From Candidatus Saccharimonadota bacterium (lineage in GTDB: Bacteria > Bacteroidota > Bacteroidia > Cytophagales > Amoebophilaceae), in NCBI RefSeq assembly GCF_936981045.1, contig NZ_OW441264.1, forward strand, positions 810,001-842,000: a DNA stretch of 32,000 nt. The letters are read 5' to 3'. A program made the translations under genes and the position numbers. Below the pieces are notes generated by a model. That model ran no database searches and was not told where the DNA came from. It saw only the letters and a list, made by a program, of their open reading frames with translations. Positions 1 to 8,970 of the stretch are shown here, piece after piece (the first letter of the stretch is position 1; each line of letters begins with the position of its first letter).

Positions 1-1031
1 AAACTTTCCGCATGTGCATGATAGTAGGCTTCCACCTCTTTTAGAGTTGCCTCTGGATTATTCATGCAAAGCCACCTTTTAAGAAAGGCCTCTGGCAAGT
101 CAACTACATTATGTTTACAAAGCTCCTCCCGTAAGTCCTCATAGAATGCATGACGTGCTTCCGTACGTTTGTCGAATAAGATAATTTTAGCAATAGCCTC
201 CCTAAAGTCACTTTTGGAGCCAACAACCCCTTGTCCTAATACACGATCGAAAAGTGCAGGTTCAATAGGCGCTGGCACAACACGAACGATGCTACCAATT
301 GTAAAAACAGCTGGCCAAGCAGACTTATGCCTTCTAAAGGCAGCAAAGGCACCAGAACCTACACCTAAAAGGGCAGAGAAGTGATGCTTTAACATCTCTT
401 CTGTTACGGTTACTTTATGACCCACACGAAGCCCTACCAATGCTTCTCTTAAATGCTCAAGAATATGCATTATAGAAATACGGATATCCAGACCAACTGC
501 CCCCGTACTATCTGTAAGCGTACCATACAACATAGTGTCCAGTGCACTTTCTTCAAGATGAACAGCTTGACCATGAATAATCTGCAACCCTTCTAAAAAT
601 TCATCCACCAATTTAGAACCAACACCATCTATTTCAAAGTCAGTAATAGAAATATTAGGGCCTAATGTAATAGAACGTTTTTCAATTAATCCAACCTCAT
701 AAGAGAAAGTAAACCTATGTTGATTTTTAAGGTCCATTGCTTTCGAAGGGGTAATGCAAAGCGGCTCCATAAAAATAGGAATACGCTCTTGCACAATGTA
801 ATCGTTTAAAGAGGCTACAGCTACTTTATGCAATTCCTGAGCAAGAATAGAAGGGCCATACATCTTTTTAATAAGATCTGCAGGGACAGCCCCCAATCTG
901 AACCCTTTCAAACGAACATTCTGAGCATAATGCTTCAGCTGTTTCTGAACAAATGGCTTATAATCAGGCTCATCTAACGTAATGGAAATAACACCATGAT
1001 TAGGATTAATCTTATTAAACTGAATATCCAA
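1..1031 (-). CDS. tig: Trigger factor, N-terminal about 343 codons (C-terminus lies beyond the window start)
   Basis: Not in the ORF track because it runs off the window. Translating the minus strand from TTG at 1029-1031 (in-frame TAA four codons upstream) gives LDIQFNKINPNHGVISITLDEPDYKPFVQKQLKHYAQNVRLKGFRLGAVPADLIKKMYGPSILAQEL... and stays open to position 1. The GFRxGxVP motif and overall pattern match the trigger factor N-terminal domain. Confidence 0.8.
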   Translation of the reverse strand, partial: MDIQFNKINPNHGVISITLDEPDYKPFVQKQLKHYAQNVRLKGFRLGAVPADLIKKMYGPSILAQELHKVAVASLNDYIVQERIPIFMEPLCITPSKAMDLKNQHRFTFSYEVGLIEKRSITLGPNISITDFEIDGVGSKLVDEFLEGLQIIHGQAVHLEESALDTMLYGTLTDSTGAVGLDIRISIMHILEHLREALVGLRVGHKVTVTEEMLKHHFSALLGVGSGAFAAFRRHKSAWPAVFTIGSIVRVVPAPIEPALFDRVLGQGVVGSKSDFREAIAKIILFDKRTEARHAFYEDLREELCKHNVVDLPEAFLKRWLCMNNPEATLKEVEAYYHAHAES

Positions 1032-1089
1032 GGTAAAACAGATTTAGTAAAGATAAAAAGCGGATGCCTTAAAAATACACATAAAAAAG

Positions 1090-1172
1090 TACGGATGAAG
1101 GGACTCGAACCCCCACACCTCACGGTACTAGATCCTAAGTCTAGCGCGTCTACCGAATTCCGCCACATCCGT
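1090..1172 (-). tRNA. tRNA-Leu (anticodon UAG)
   Basis: The minus-strand sequence ACGGATGTGGCGGAATTCGGTAGACGCGCTAGACTTAGGATCTAGTACCGTGAGGTGTGGGGGTTCGAGTCCCTTCATCCGTA folds as a cloverleaf. It has a 7-bp acceptor stem (ACGGATG/CATCCGT), an anticodon stem CTAGA/TCTAG with loop CTTAGGA, a long variable arm and a TTCGAGT T-loop. CCA is not encoded. Confidence 0.82.
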
Positions 1173-1334
1173 AGGACCGTAGAAGACAACAACGACCTCC
1201 CCTACAAAAATAGCAAAAACAAGCTTCTCAAGCAAATAGCAAAAAGTTACTTTTTACTGGATCAAGAAATAGCGCTATCCTTAAAGCTAGAAAATCAATA
1301 TGCACTTAGAAACCCAACCCATAGATCGGGTGCT

Positions 1335-1374
1335 CTTAATCAATCTTAATCAATCTTAATCAATCTTAATCAAT
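1335..1374. repeat. Perfect 10-bp tandem repeat (CTTAATCAAT) x4
   Basis: Four exact head-to-tail units are read directly at 1335-1344, 1345-1354, 1355-1364 and 1365-1374. The sppA stop codon (1366-1368) lies in the fourth unit. Confidence 0.95.
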
Positions 1375-3084
1375 GTGAATCTTATACGGAAGCATTGCTT
1401 GTACGCTATGGAGTATAGATAGGGTGTGATAATGACTCATTATAGGATATTCTTGCACTAAGGCATCCAGTAATTCTATTTTAACATCATTAGTAGTATA
1501 GCTTAGTAGCTGTTGAAATTTTGTTTTAGGGCGAGGTAAATAACAAATACGATACTTTTGGGTTAATTTGGCTAAAGAAACAGCTTTAGCAATAGCTGCA
1601 TCTAGCCCACCCAATTCATCTACTAGTCCATTATCTTTCGCTACTAAACCAGTATATACCCTACCACCAGCTAATTTTTCTACACAGGCTAAATCCAGCC
1701 TCCTTCCATTAGAAACCTTACATAAAAAACCATCATAACTTTCCTGTAACATTTTATACATCAATTTAGACTCTAACTCGGAACAATTTACCCTAGGAGT
1801 TAGAAAATCTGCAGAAGGAGCTGTTTTGACTACATCACGGTGAATACCTATTTTATGCATCAACTCAGCTGGATCAAATAGTATACCAAAAACACCAATG
1901 GAACCTGTAATGGTAGTGGGCTGTGCAAAAATATAATGGCAAGGGGCAGCAATATAATATCCCCCAGAAGTAGCCACGTTAGACATAGAAGCCACAACTG
2001 GCTTAACGGATCTAAACTCTGCTATTGCCTTCCAGATAATATTCGAAGCAACTATACTACCCCCTGGTGAATTGATACGCAATACTAATGCTTTTACGCT
2101 ACTGTCTTCTTGAATAACCTTTAGCGTTTTAACCAAACCATGGGCACCAACATGCCCAGCCCTACTTGATCCATTCCCAATTTCCCCTTCAGCAATAAAA
2201 ACGGCAATTTTATCAACTGAATCAGGTGGGGACTCTGAAGCACTATATTCCTTGTGGCCGATAAAAGAAGGAGATTTTAGTTTTTCTTTTAGCAACTGTT
2301 TAGCTTCTGTCTCATAGCCTATTCTGGTAATGAAGTGGGCATGCAAGGCATCATTGGGTAGCACAGCTGAAAGATTATTAGCATATCCTTTGAGCGCTGT
2401 AACCCCTATGTTTCTAGAGGCACCTATTTTAATTAAAAAGTGTTCATAACAAGGTTGAAGACATGCTTTTATTTGCTGTCTACTTTCTTCACTCATTTTA
2501 GTCAAACAAAAGGGTTCTACTGCACTCTTGTAGTCTCCAACACGAAATATTATTGGCTTTATAGCAATATGCTCAAAAAGTTTTGTATAGAATTCAACGG
2601 TTGCAGAGAAACCTTTGAATGCTAAGAAACCACTGGGGTTTAGTATGATTTCATCTGCTACAGAAGCCAAATAATAGGACTTTTGTGTATATAAATCCCC
2701 ATATGCGATGATGGTTTTACCTTGCTTTTTAAAAGCTAATAAAGCTTCTCTAATTTCCTCCAAAGCAGCCCAGCCCGCATCCAGATAAGATACATCCAAG
2801 TAGATAGCGGGAACACGACTATCTTTGGTTGCCTGGTGAATAGCTTTTTTAACTACTTTAAAATCTATCAGGCCTTTATTGGAACCAAACAATGAAATGG
2901 GTACCCACTCAACCATTCGCCCCTCCATGTTGAACGCTACAACTGAATTGTTTTCTACTTGCCTAGAATCTTTAGAGGTTAATTTTAAAAATCCAAAAAC
3001 AACTATGAAACATAAAGATAACAAAGAGATAAGGAACCCTATAGCAATGGTCAAGACCTGCTTAATAAAACGCTTTACGCTCAT
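1366..3084 (-). CDS. sppA: Signal peptide peptidase SppA, 67K type (two tandem S49 peptidase domains)
   Basis: 572-aa ORF with an N-terminal TM segment (LTIAIGFLISLLSLCFIVVFGFL). Two ClpP/S49-like halves carry motifs such as VLRINSPGGS and ATSGGYYIA, which are typical of SppA. Confidence 0.88.
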   Translation of the reverse strand: MSVKRFIKQVLTIAIGFLISLLSLCFIVVFGFLKLTSKDSRQVENNSVVAFNMEGRMVEWVPISLFGSNKGLIDFKVVKKAIHQATKDSRVPAIYLDVSYLDAGWAALEEIREALLAFKKQGKTIIAYGDLYTQKSYYLASVADEIILNPSGFLAFKGFSATVEFYTKLFEHIAIKPIIFRVGDYKSAVEPFCLTKMSEESRQQIKACLQPCYEHFLIKIGASRNIGVTALKGYANNLSAVLPNDALHAHFITRIGYETEAKQLLKEKLKSPSFIGHKEYSASESPPDSVDKIAVFIAEGEIGNGSSRAGHVGAHGLVKTLKVIQEDSSVKALVLRINSPGGSIVASNIIWKAIAEFRSVKPVVASMSNVATSGGYYIAAPCHYIFAQPTTITGSIGVFGILFDPAELMHKIGIHRDVVKTAPSADFLTPRVNCSELESKLMYKMLQESYDGFLCKVSNGRRLDLACVEKLAGGRVYTGLVAKDNGLVDELGGLDAAIAKAVSLAKLTQKYRICYLPRPKTKFQQLLSYTTNDVKIELLDALVQEYPIMSHYHTLSILHSVQAMLPYKIHID

Positions 3085-3186
3085 TTTGATTATATAAAAA
3101 GATGATAATAACCTGTACTCCTAAAACCAACAAGGAAAGTTTATGTATATTCTTATTTAAGAATATTGCTTATGCTTGCGTAGACG

Positions 3187-3260
3187 TGGGCCTGCGCGGA
3201 CTTGAACCGCGGACCTCTACATTATCAGTGTAGCGCTCTAACCAGCTGAGCTACAGGCCC
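3187..3260 (-). tRNA. tRNA-Ile (anticodon GAU)
   Basis: The minus-strand sequence GGGCCTGTAGCTCAGCTGGTTAGAGCGCTACACTGATAATGTAGAGGTCCGCGGTTCAAGTCCGCGCAGGCCCA forms a perfect cloverleaf: acceptor GGGCCTG/CAGGCCC, D-stem GCTC/GAGC, anticodon stem CTACA/TGTAG with loop CTGATAA, and T-stem CGCGG/CCGCG. Confidence 0.92.
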
Positions 3261-3702
3261 TAAAATCTATAACTTCCGATGGAAACTACTTACTATACTA
3301 ATACAAAGCGCAAACAAATACATCAACTAGACTAGAAATCTAGTTATAGTAAATTATTACTATAACCTATCTACATGGAAAGCGCTACTGATCTATAAAA
3401 AAGCTTTTTACTGACTTTGAAACAGTTAAGCTGCCAACACAGCTAAATTACATATTATTCTGTTTATACCCAATAAATAGCTGTAAGAAATCTTTGTTTT
3501 AACCCACTTTGTACCATTAGTCATTAGCAGCAATCTTTTCATCCATAGGAAATGCCAACTTTAAGTATAGATTTGTAGCGGGTGATCCAGCAACCTATAT
3601 ACGTCAGTTCGGGATTAAATGTTTATAAATTGTGTTAAAAAGCCCCTTTGTGTTTTAAATTTGGAGATCAAGTTTGTAGCAAAATTAACAAAGGAGCCAG
3701 TT

Positions 3703-4428
3703 ATGAATGTAGCAAAATTAGTAGAAATATATTATGCTGTTGATGAGTTTTTAAAAAAATTTACGCCCTATATGGAAAAACAGCTCTCACCCACTTCAGC
3801 AAGAAAACCCACTAGAACTTGTTCATTAACTTTAAGTGAAATAATGACTATAATTATTGCCTTTCACGTGATTGGTTTTAGAAATTTTAAGGCTTATTAT
3901 CTTCATTTACAGCAGTTTCATTCTAATGAGTTTAAAACATTAGTAAGCTATAATAGGTTCATCGAACTGGTTCAAAGAACCTTAATTCTCTTTTACTTTT
4001 TTACCAAAAGTCTTTCTAAAACCCAAACAGGCTGTTACTTTATGGATGCTGCGGCTGTCAAAGTTTGTAACATCAAAAGAGCCCATTCTAACAGGGTTTT
4101 TAAATCGATTGCTACTAAAGGTAAAACCAGCACCGGTTGGTTTTTTGGATTAAAGTTGCACTTGATAGTCAATGATTTAGGAGAAATTATGAATTTTCAA
4201 CTGACCACAGGTAAAACTAATGATAGGCTTCCTGTAGAAGATTTGTGTAAACACTTCATGGGTAAAATGTTTGCCGATAAAGGTTACATAAGCAAAGATT
4301 TGTTTGAAAAACTGATGGGAAAAGGCGTGGAACTCATTACCCAGATCAGAAAAAATATGAAAAATGCTTTTATGCCACTCTGGGATAAACTGATGCTTAG
4401 AAAACGATCTATAATTGAAACCATTATA
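3703..4428 (+). pseudogene. IS982-family DDE transposase of copy A, truncated by the copy B insertion (3' remainder at 5431-5590)
   Basis: ATG at 3703 follows AAGGAG. The protein MNVAKLVEIYYAVDEFLKKF... is nearly identical to the 293-aa ORF of copy B until 4428. The ORF then reads into the terminus of copy B and stops at 4446. Confidence 0.85.
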
Positions 4429-5430
4429 ACCTCAGTTCGGGATTAGACGTATTGTGAACCAGTCATATATATATTAGTTATAGAAGGTTTTTTATCTTTT
4501 AGTGCATAAGCTGTAATTCCAGCTATCAAATTGACTGGAAAATTAGGTATGCTTCTATGCCTGGAATGTTCTATCTGGCTAATATTTTTGAGCTGATCTA
4601 TAATAGTTTCAATTATAGATCGTTTTCTAAGCATCAGTTTATCCCAGAGTGGCATAAAAGCATTTTTCATATTTTTTCTGATCTGGGTAATGAGTTCCAC
4701 GCCTTTTCCCATCAGTTTTTCAAACAAATCTTTGCTTATGTAACCTTTATCGGCAAACATTTTACCCATGAAGTGTTTACACAAATCTTCTACAGGAAGC
4801 CTATCATTAGTTTTACCTGTGGTCAGTTGAAAATTCATAATTTCTCCTAAATCATTGACTATCAAGTGCAACTTTAATCCAAAAAACCAACCGGTGCTGG
4901 TTTTACCTTTAGTAGCAATCGATTTAAAAACCCTGTTAGAATGGGCTCTTTTGATGTTACAAACTTTGACAGCCGCAGCATCCATAAAGTAACAGCCTGT
5001 TTGGGTTTTAGAAAGACTTTTGGTAAAAAAGTAAAAGAGAATTAAGGTTCTTTGAACCAGTTCGATGAACCTATTATAGCTTACTAATGTTTTAAACTCA
5101 TTAGAATGAAACTGCTGTAAATGAAGATAATAAGCCTTAAAATTTCTAAAACCAATCACGTGAAAGGCAATAATTATAGTCATTATTTCACTTAAAGTTA
5201 ATGAACAAGTTCTAGTGGGTTTTCTTTTAGAGTTGGTTAACAGTTGTTTTTCCATATACGGCATAAACTTTATGAGAAATTCATTAACAGCATAATATAT
5301 TTCAACTAACTTTTCTACATTCATAACTGGCTCCTTTGGATAATCTGGTTAGTATTTTTTTATCTCCAAATTTAAAACACAAAGGAGCTTTTTAAAGCTA
5401 TTTTTTAACAAGCTAATCCCGAACTCAGGT
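4429..5430 (-). mobile_element. IS982-family insertion sequence, copy B (1002 bp), nested in copy A
   Basis: Inverted termini are ACCTCAGTTCGGGATTAG (4429) and CTAATCCCGAACTCAGGT (ends at 5430). It is flanked by a perfect 5-bp direct repeat TTATA (4424-4428 and 5431-5435). Confidence 0.9.
4443..5324 (-). CDS. IS982-family DDE transposase (the only uninterrupted copy in the window)
   Basis: 293-aa ORF MNVEKLVEIYYAVNEFLIKFMPYMEKQ...SLTLSEIMTIIIAFHVIGFRNFKAYY... The size (about 290 aa in a 1-kb IS) and the N-terminal pattern fit IS982-family transposases. AAGGAG lies upstream of the ATG. Confidence 0.85.
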   Translation of the reverse strand: MNVEKLVEIYYAVNEFLIKFMPYMEKQLLTNSKRKPTRTCSLTLSEIMTIIIAFHVIGFRNFKAYYLHLQQFHSNEFKTLVSYNRFIELVQRTLILFYFFTKSLSKTQTGCYFMDAAAVKVCNIKRAHSNRVFKSIATKGKTSTGWFFGLKLHLIVNDLGEIMNFQLTTGKTNDRLPVEDLCKHFMGKMFADKGYISKDLFEKLMGKGVELITQIRKNMKNAFMPLWDKLMLRKRSIIETIIDQLKNISQIEHSRHRSIPNFPVNLIAGITAYALKDKKPSITNIYMTGSQYV

Positions 5431-5606
5431 TTATAGATCAGCTCAAAAATATTAGCCAGATAGAACATGCCAGCCATAGAAGTATACCTAATTTTTTGGT
5501 CAATTTGATAGCTGGAATTACAGCTTATGGACTAAAAGAGAAAAAACCTTCTATAACTAATATATATATGACTGGTTCACAATACGTCTAATCCCGAACT
5601 GAGGTT

Positions 5607-6471
5607 AATACTTCTTTTTTCCCCTCCTGATCTATGCCTAATAACGTGAGTTCGGGATTTATGTGACTGATTTACAACAATTTAATATCAATTATTTAGT
5701 TAATATTTGCACCTATTTAACAAGTTTTTATATCTAATTTTATAAATATAATATATATAATAAACTGATTATCAGAATTATTTGTTATTCAACTACCTAT
5801 TTAACTGTCTATAAAACAAATTTTATAAATTTTTATTAATATTGATTATCAAATGAAAAAATAATCTAATCCCGAACTCACGTTAATAAGGTATACATGC
5901 ATTTACTTACACATTTTCCATCTTCTTTCACCTTAAAAAACATGCCATCCATAAAAACTATTGGATAAACTGATTGAAGAGGACGGTTACGCCATTCATT
6001 TATTATCGGTAACAAGCTATTTGTAATAGCCGATATTTCAGCAGCTGGCACTTTATGATCATAAATTTCTTCAACATGAGACGCTATAGAATTATACCTC
6101 ATATCACTAGAAAACATGCTTAAGATCTTGGTTTCCAGCTCAGGATATAAACTTGTTTGACGCTTTTTAACTATTTGCAGATCGAAACTACCTGTCCTAT
6201 CCCTAGGGGTTACTAAATCAAATGAACCAGAGCTTGTACGAAAAGTTTTAGAGCTTTTGCCATTTCTTCTATTATTTTCTCGTGAATCACTAGATAAATG
6301 GTATGCCATTTCACCTTCTAGACTTGCCTCTAGAAGTTTTTTTATCAGAGGCGTTAAAGCACCACCTTTGCCTGTTAAAGGCTTACCTAAACGGATAGAG
6401 GATAAAATATTTGCCTCTAGAGATTTGTAATCTACTAAGCCAACGTAGTCATTATGCATTGTTTTTTCCAT
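5607..6471 (-). pseudogene. IS256 (Mutator-like) family transposase, N-terminal part, interrupted by MITE-1 and truncated by IS982 copy A
   Basis: The ORF at 5878-6471 (MEKTMHNDYVGLVDYKSLE...VYPIVFMDGMFFKV...CMYTLL) runs into the MITE. My translation of 5607-5643 on the minus strand continues LLGIDQEGKKEV, the expected next IS256 motif (ALGID..G.KE.LG). Confidence 0.75.
5644..5883 (+). mobile_element. 240-bp MITE-like element, copy 1
   Basis: Terminal inverted repeats are ACGTGAGTTCGGGATT and AATCCCGAACTCACGT. There is no ORF. It is flanked by a perfect 5-bp direct repeat TAATA (5639-5643 and 5884-5888). Confidence 0.85.
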
Positions 6472-6669
6472 GTCTAAAACCTTTATCTGTTAAGTATGTA
6501 AATTATAACTTTTTAAAGATTTGACACAGTTTAGTGAACACTTCCCTTTTTTTCTTTTAACCCAGCGGCTTTGAAGATTCACGGATTTGTAGTTGCTCAG
6601 GGTTTTGATAGTATATTTCTTTTGCATCTAGCATGCCTCTTATTTGTATCCAACAATGCTTTTTCTTTT

Positions 6670-8481
6670 TCAGGGGCCCGCTTCTATTAGTTTTTTAAGG
6701 TCCTGTTTACCTTGTCTAATGGCATTCATAACGTAATGGCGACTTTCGATCATAACATTATGGTTTATCTTTTCAGTTGCTTTTCTTTTACAAATATCGC
6801 ATTGGTTGCAAATTGATTCATCTTCATCAAAGTAATCCAATAATGTAGCCAAACGGCAGCGCCGATTATTGGTAACGTATTGTATAACTGCTTCTATGTG
6901 TTGGTAAGCTATTTTATTTTTTTGCTCGATTTTGTCAATCGGTAATGGCAATTTGGCAGCAAGATAACGTGGTGTTAAAAAAGTAATTTGTGGATTTGCT
7001 TTTTGTGGAAGGTATTCCAGAACCTTTAGTCGATGTAAGGTATATAATTGGTCTTGTACCTTGTATTCTGTAAGCTGAATAAGCTGGGCTATTTTTTTTT
7101 CAACAATTGTACAATATGGCGTAAAAAGTGTGCCACCATAGAGCCTTAAAAGTGCTTTGATGCATGCATCATAAGCAGGATGATGGAGCTGAAATGCATA
7201 CAATGCCTCCCTGGATAGGAGCACATAGACTTTAGATGGTTGGTAATAGGCTTCATTGAGCTGTATAACCCCCTCTGACTCTAATGCTTTTAGTCCATAG
7301 TAGGCTTCTTTTGTATAGAGTCTAGTTGCGTTCTTAAAATCCTCTAAGTCAAAATCATAGGTTACAAAAGCATGAGAACCTACTGCGATTTTATAGTAAT
7401 TAACCAGATGTTGGTAAACTTTTCTTACTTGATCAATAGTGGGGTAACTTTCTTTCCACTTTTGTTTTAAATGTGCAATATCTTGTAAATCATACCAAAG
7501 AATAGCATAGGCTATGGCATTATTCCGACCAGCTCTTCCTGCTTCTTGGCAATAGGCTTCTAATGAAGACGGTAGGTCTAAGTGTACTACTAAGGCAACA
7601 TCTGCTTTATCAATCCCCATGCCAAATGCTGCTGTAGCCACCATGGTACGTACTTTATTTTCACTCCATATGGCTTGTTTGATAGCTCTATCAGCCATGG
7701 TTAAACCAGCATGGTAAAATGTACTGGTGAGACCATTGTTATGCAAAAAAGTAGCAATGGTTTCTGTTTTTTTGCGTGTGTTGACATAGATAATGGCCGG
7801 TCCAGAAGTCTGTTGTAATGCTTTGAGCAGTTGTGCTTCTTTGTTGTCTGTTTTGCGTACCCAGTAAACTAGATTGGGCCTATGAAAAGTTTGTGCAAAA
7901 AAGAGTGGATGGTTAAGTTGCAAACGATCTTGAATATCCTGTTTAACGGCTTTAGTGGCAGTAGCTGTAAAGGCTACTGTATTGGCCTTTGGAAGCATTT
8001 GCTTAAACTGGGCAATTTCTAAATAAGAAGGCCTAAAGTCATATCCCCATTGGGAAATACAGTGGGCCTCATCCACTACCAAGGTGGTAATAGACATGGT
8101 AGCAGCACGAAGTTTAAAAAGGTCGGTCTGTAATCGTTCTGGGGATACATACAATAATTTAACGCTACCATATACGCAATTATCCAGCCTGCGTTCTATT
8201 TCTAAACTAGACATGCCTGAGAAAATGGCCTCTGCGTGAATACCTCTCTGAGCAAGTTGTGCGACTTGGTCTTTCATAAGTGCAATAAGTGGCGTAACGA
8301 CAAGGGTTAAGCCCTCTTTGCATAAGGCTGGTAATTGAAAACAAAGCGATTTGCCACTGCCAGTAGGTAAAAAAACCAATACATCTTTGCCATCTAAAAT
8401 GGCCTTAATGATTGCTTCCTGAAGCGGTCTAAAGGAATGATAGCCCCAATGTTTGCTTAATACATCATAAATTTTTTCCAT
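6670..8481 (-). CDS. recQ: RecQ-family ATP-dependent DNA helicase
   Basis: 603-aa ORF carrying the helicase motifs [27 protein letters not shown] ([19 protein letters not shown]), TATAT and QEAGRAGR. A Cys cluster [23 protein letters not shown] lies near the C-terminus. Confidence 0.9.
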   Translation of the reverse strand: MEKIYDVLSKHWGYHSFRPLQEAIIKAILDGKDVLVFLPTGSGKSLCFQLPALCKEGLTLVVTPLIALMKDQVAQLAQRGIHAEAIFSGMSSLEIERRLDNCVYGSVKLLYVSPERLQTDLFKLRAATMSITTLVVDEAHCISQWGYDFRPSYLEIAQFKQMLPKANTVAFTATATKAVKQDIQDRLQLNHPLFFAQTFHRPNLVYWVRKTDNKEAQLLKALQQTSGPAIIYVNTRKKTETIATFLHNNGLTSTFYHAGLTMADRAIKQAIWSENKVRTMVATAAFGMGIDKADVALVVHLDLPSSLEAYCQEAGRAGRNNAIAYAILWYDLQDIAHLKQKWKESYPTIDQVRKVYQHLVNYYKIAVGSHAFVTYDFDLEDFKNATRLYTKEAYYGLKALESEGVIQLNEAYYQPSKVYVLLSREALYAFQLHHPAYDACIKALLRLYGGTLFTPYCTIVEKKIAQLIQLTEYKVQDQLYTLHRLKVLEYLPQKANPQITFLTPRYLAAKLPLPIDKIEQKNKIAYQHIEAVIQYVTNNRRCRLATLLDYFDEDESICNQCDICKRKATEKINHNVMIESRHYVMNAIRQGKQDLKKLIEAGP

Positions 8482-8641
8482 GATTGGAGAGGGTAGCTTT
8501 CTAATTGCTTTAGAATGTATCTGCCTAAAAACAAGAAAAACTGTCCCCTTTTTACTACTGGCCTAAACAGATACTTCTAATGCGCTCAAAAAGGCAAGTA
8601 GACCAATACATAATAAACAAACCTAGAACTCTATTCCAGCT

Positions 8642-8806
8642 TTACTGCCTTAAGTGGTGGTCTATTAAACTGCATGCTGTGTTTACTCTCCTGATTAGAT
8701 CTTCATATTTTTTCTTGTCCTCGTCACTTGGACCTTGAGATTTATCTGTATGATATTTTTTAGCCAATTTATAGTAAGCTTTCCTATGGCAAAATGAGTA
8801 TTTGTT
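8642..8806 (-). pseudogene. Remnant of a J-domain (DnaJ-like) protein
   Basis: Minus-strand translation gives ...KAYYKLAKKYHTDKSQGPSDEDKKKYEDLIRRVNTACSLIDHHLRQ*. This is the helix II / HPD loop / helix III pattern of J-domains, with HTD replacing HPD. There is no start codon and helix I is missing, with an in-frame TAA at 8807-8809. Confidence 0.4.
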
Positions 8807-8970
8807 TTAGAGTAGAAAAACTACGAACTCTAATCCAGTTCATATTTAAGCTAGGGCATAGTTGCTTTAACCTATTTAGAAGTTCCTCTCCTGAAGGTTT
8901 TTCACCAAATTCGCCTAGGTAACAGCTTGTAATGATATCACTCAAAGGTTTAGTTTTTGCCTGCTAGCAA

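Larger units (their letters stand above)
3601..5605 (+). mobile_element. IS982-family insertion sequence, copy A, split by insertion of copy B (own sequence 3601-4428 plus 5431-5605, 1003 bp)
   Basis: Termini are ACGTCAGTTCGGGATT (3601) and AATCCCGAACTGAGGT (ends at 5605). The sequence resumes at 5431 exactly where it stopped at 4428 when compared with intact copy B. No matching direct repeat flanks it (TATAT on the left, TAATA on the right). Confidence 0.85.
5606..6546 (-). mobile_element. IS256-family element remnant (copy 1), 5' end only, cut by a MITE and by IS982 copy A
   Basis: The terminal sequence GACACAGTTTAGTGAACACTTCCC at 6523-6546 is nearly identical to the terminus of IS256 copy 2 at 18343-18366. 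The transposase N-terminal ORF lies inside. The remainder of the element is missing to the left of IS982 copy A. Confidence 0.7.

Noticed and set aside
169-384. 71-aa plus-strand ORF inside the tig region.
   Set aside because: It is antisense to a continuous, clearly homologous trigger factor reading frame, so it is a shadow ORF.
974-1349. Track ORFs 974-1192 (minus) and 996-1349 (plus) between tig and sppA.
   Set aside because: Both overlap the well-folded tRNA-Leu gene (1090-1172) and the tig start region. Neither has protein-like motifs. They are most likely artefacts of an AT-rich spacer.
3262-3600. Possible continuation of the IS256 transposase to the left of IS982 copy A.
   Set aside because: My three-frame translations of the minus strand give only short ORFs (for example GCWITRYKSILKVGISYG*). 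None resembles the expected IS256 motifs (AKFW, LKNRG). I treat the region as non-IS256 flank, pending a proper TBLASTN.
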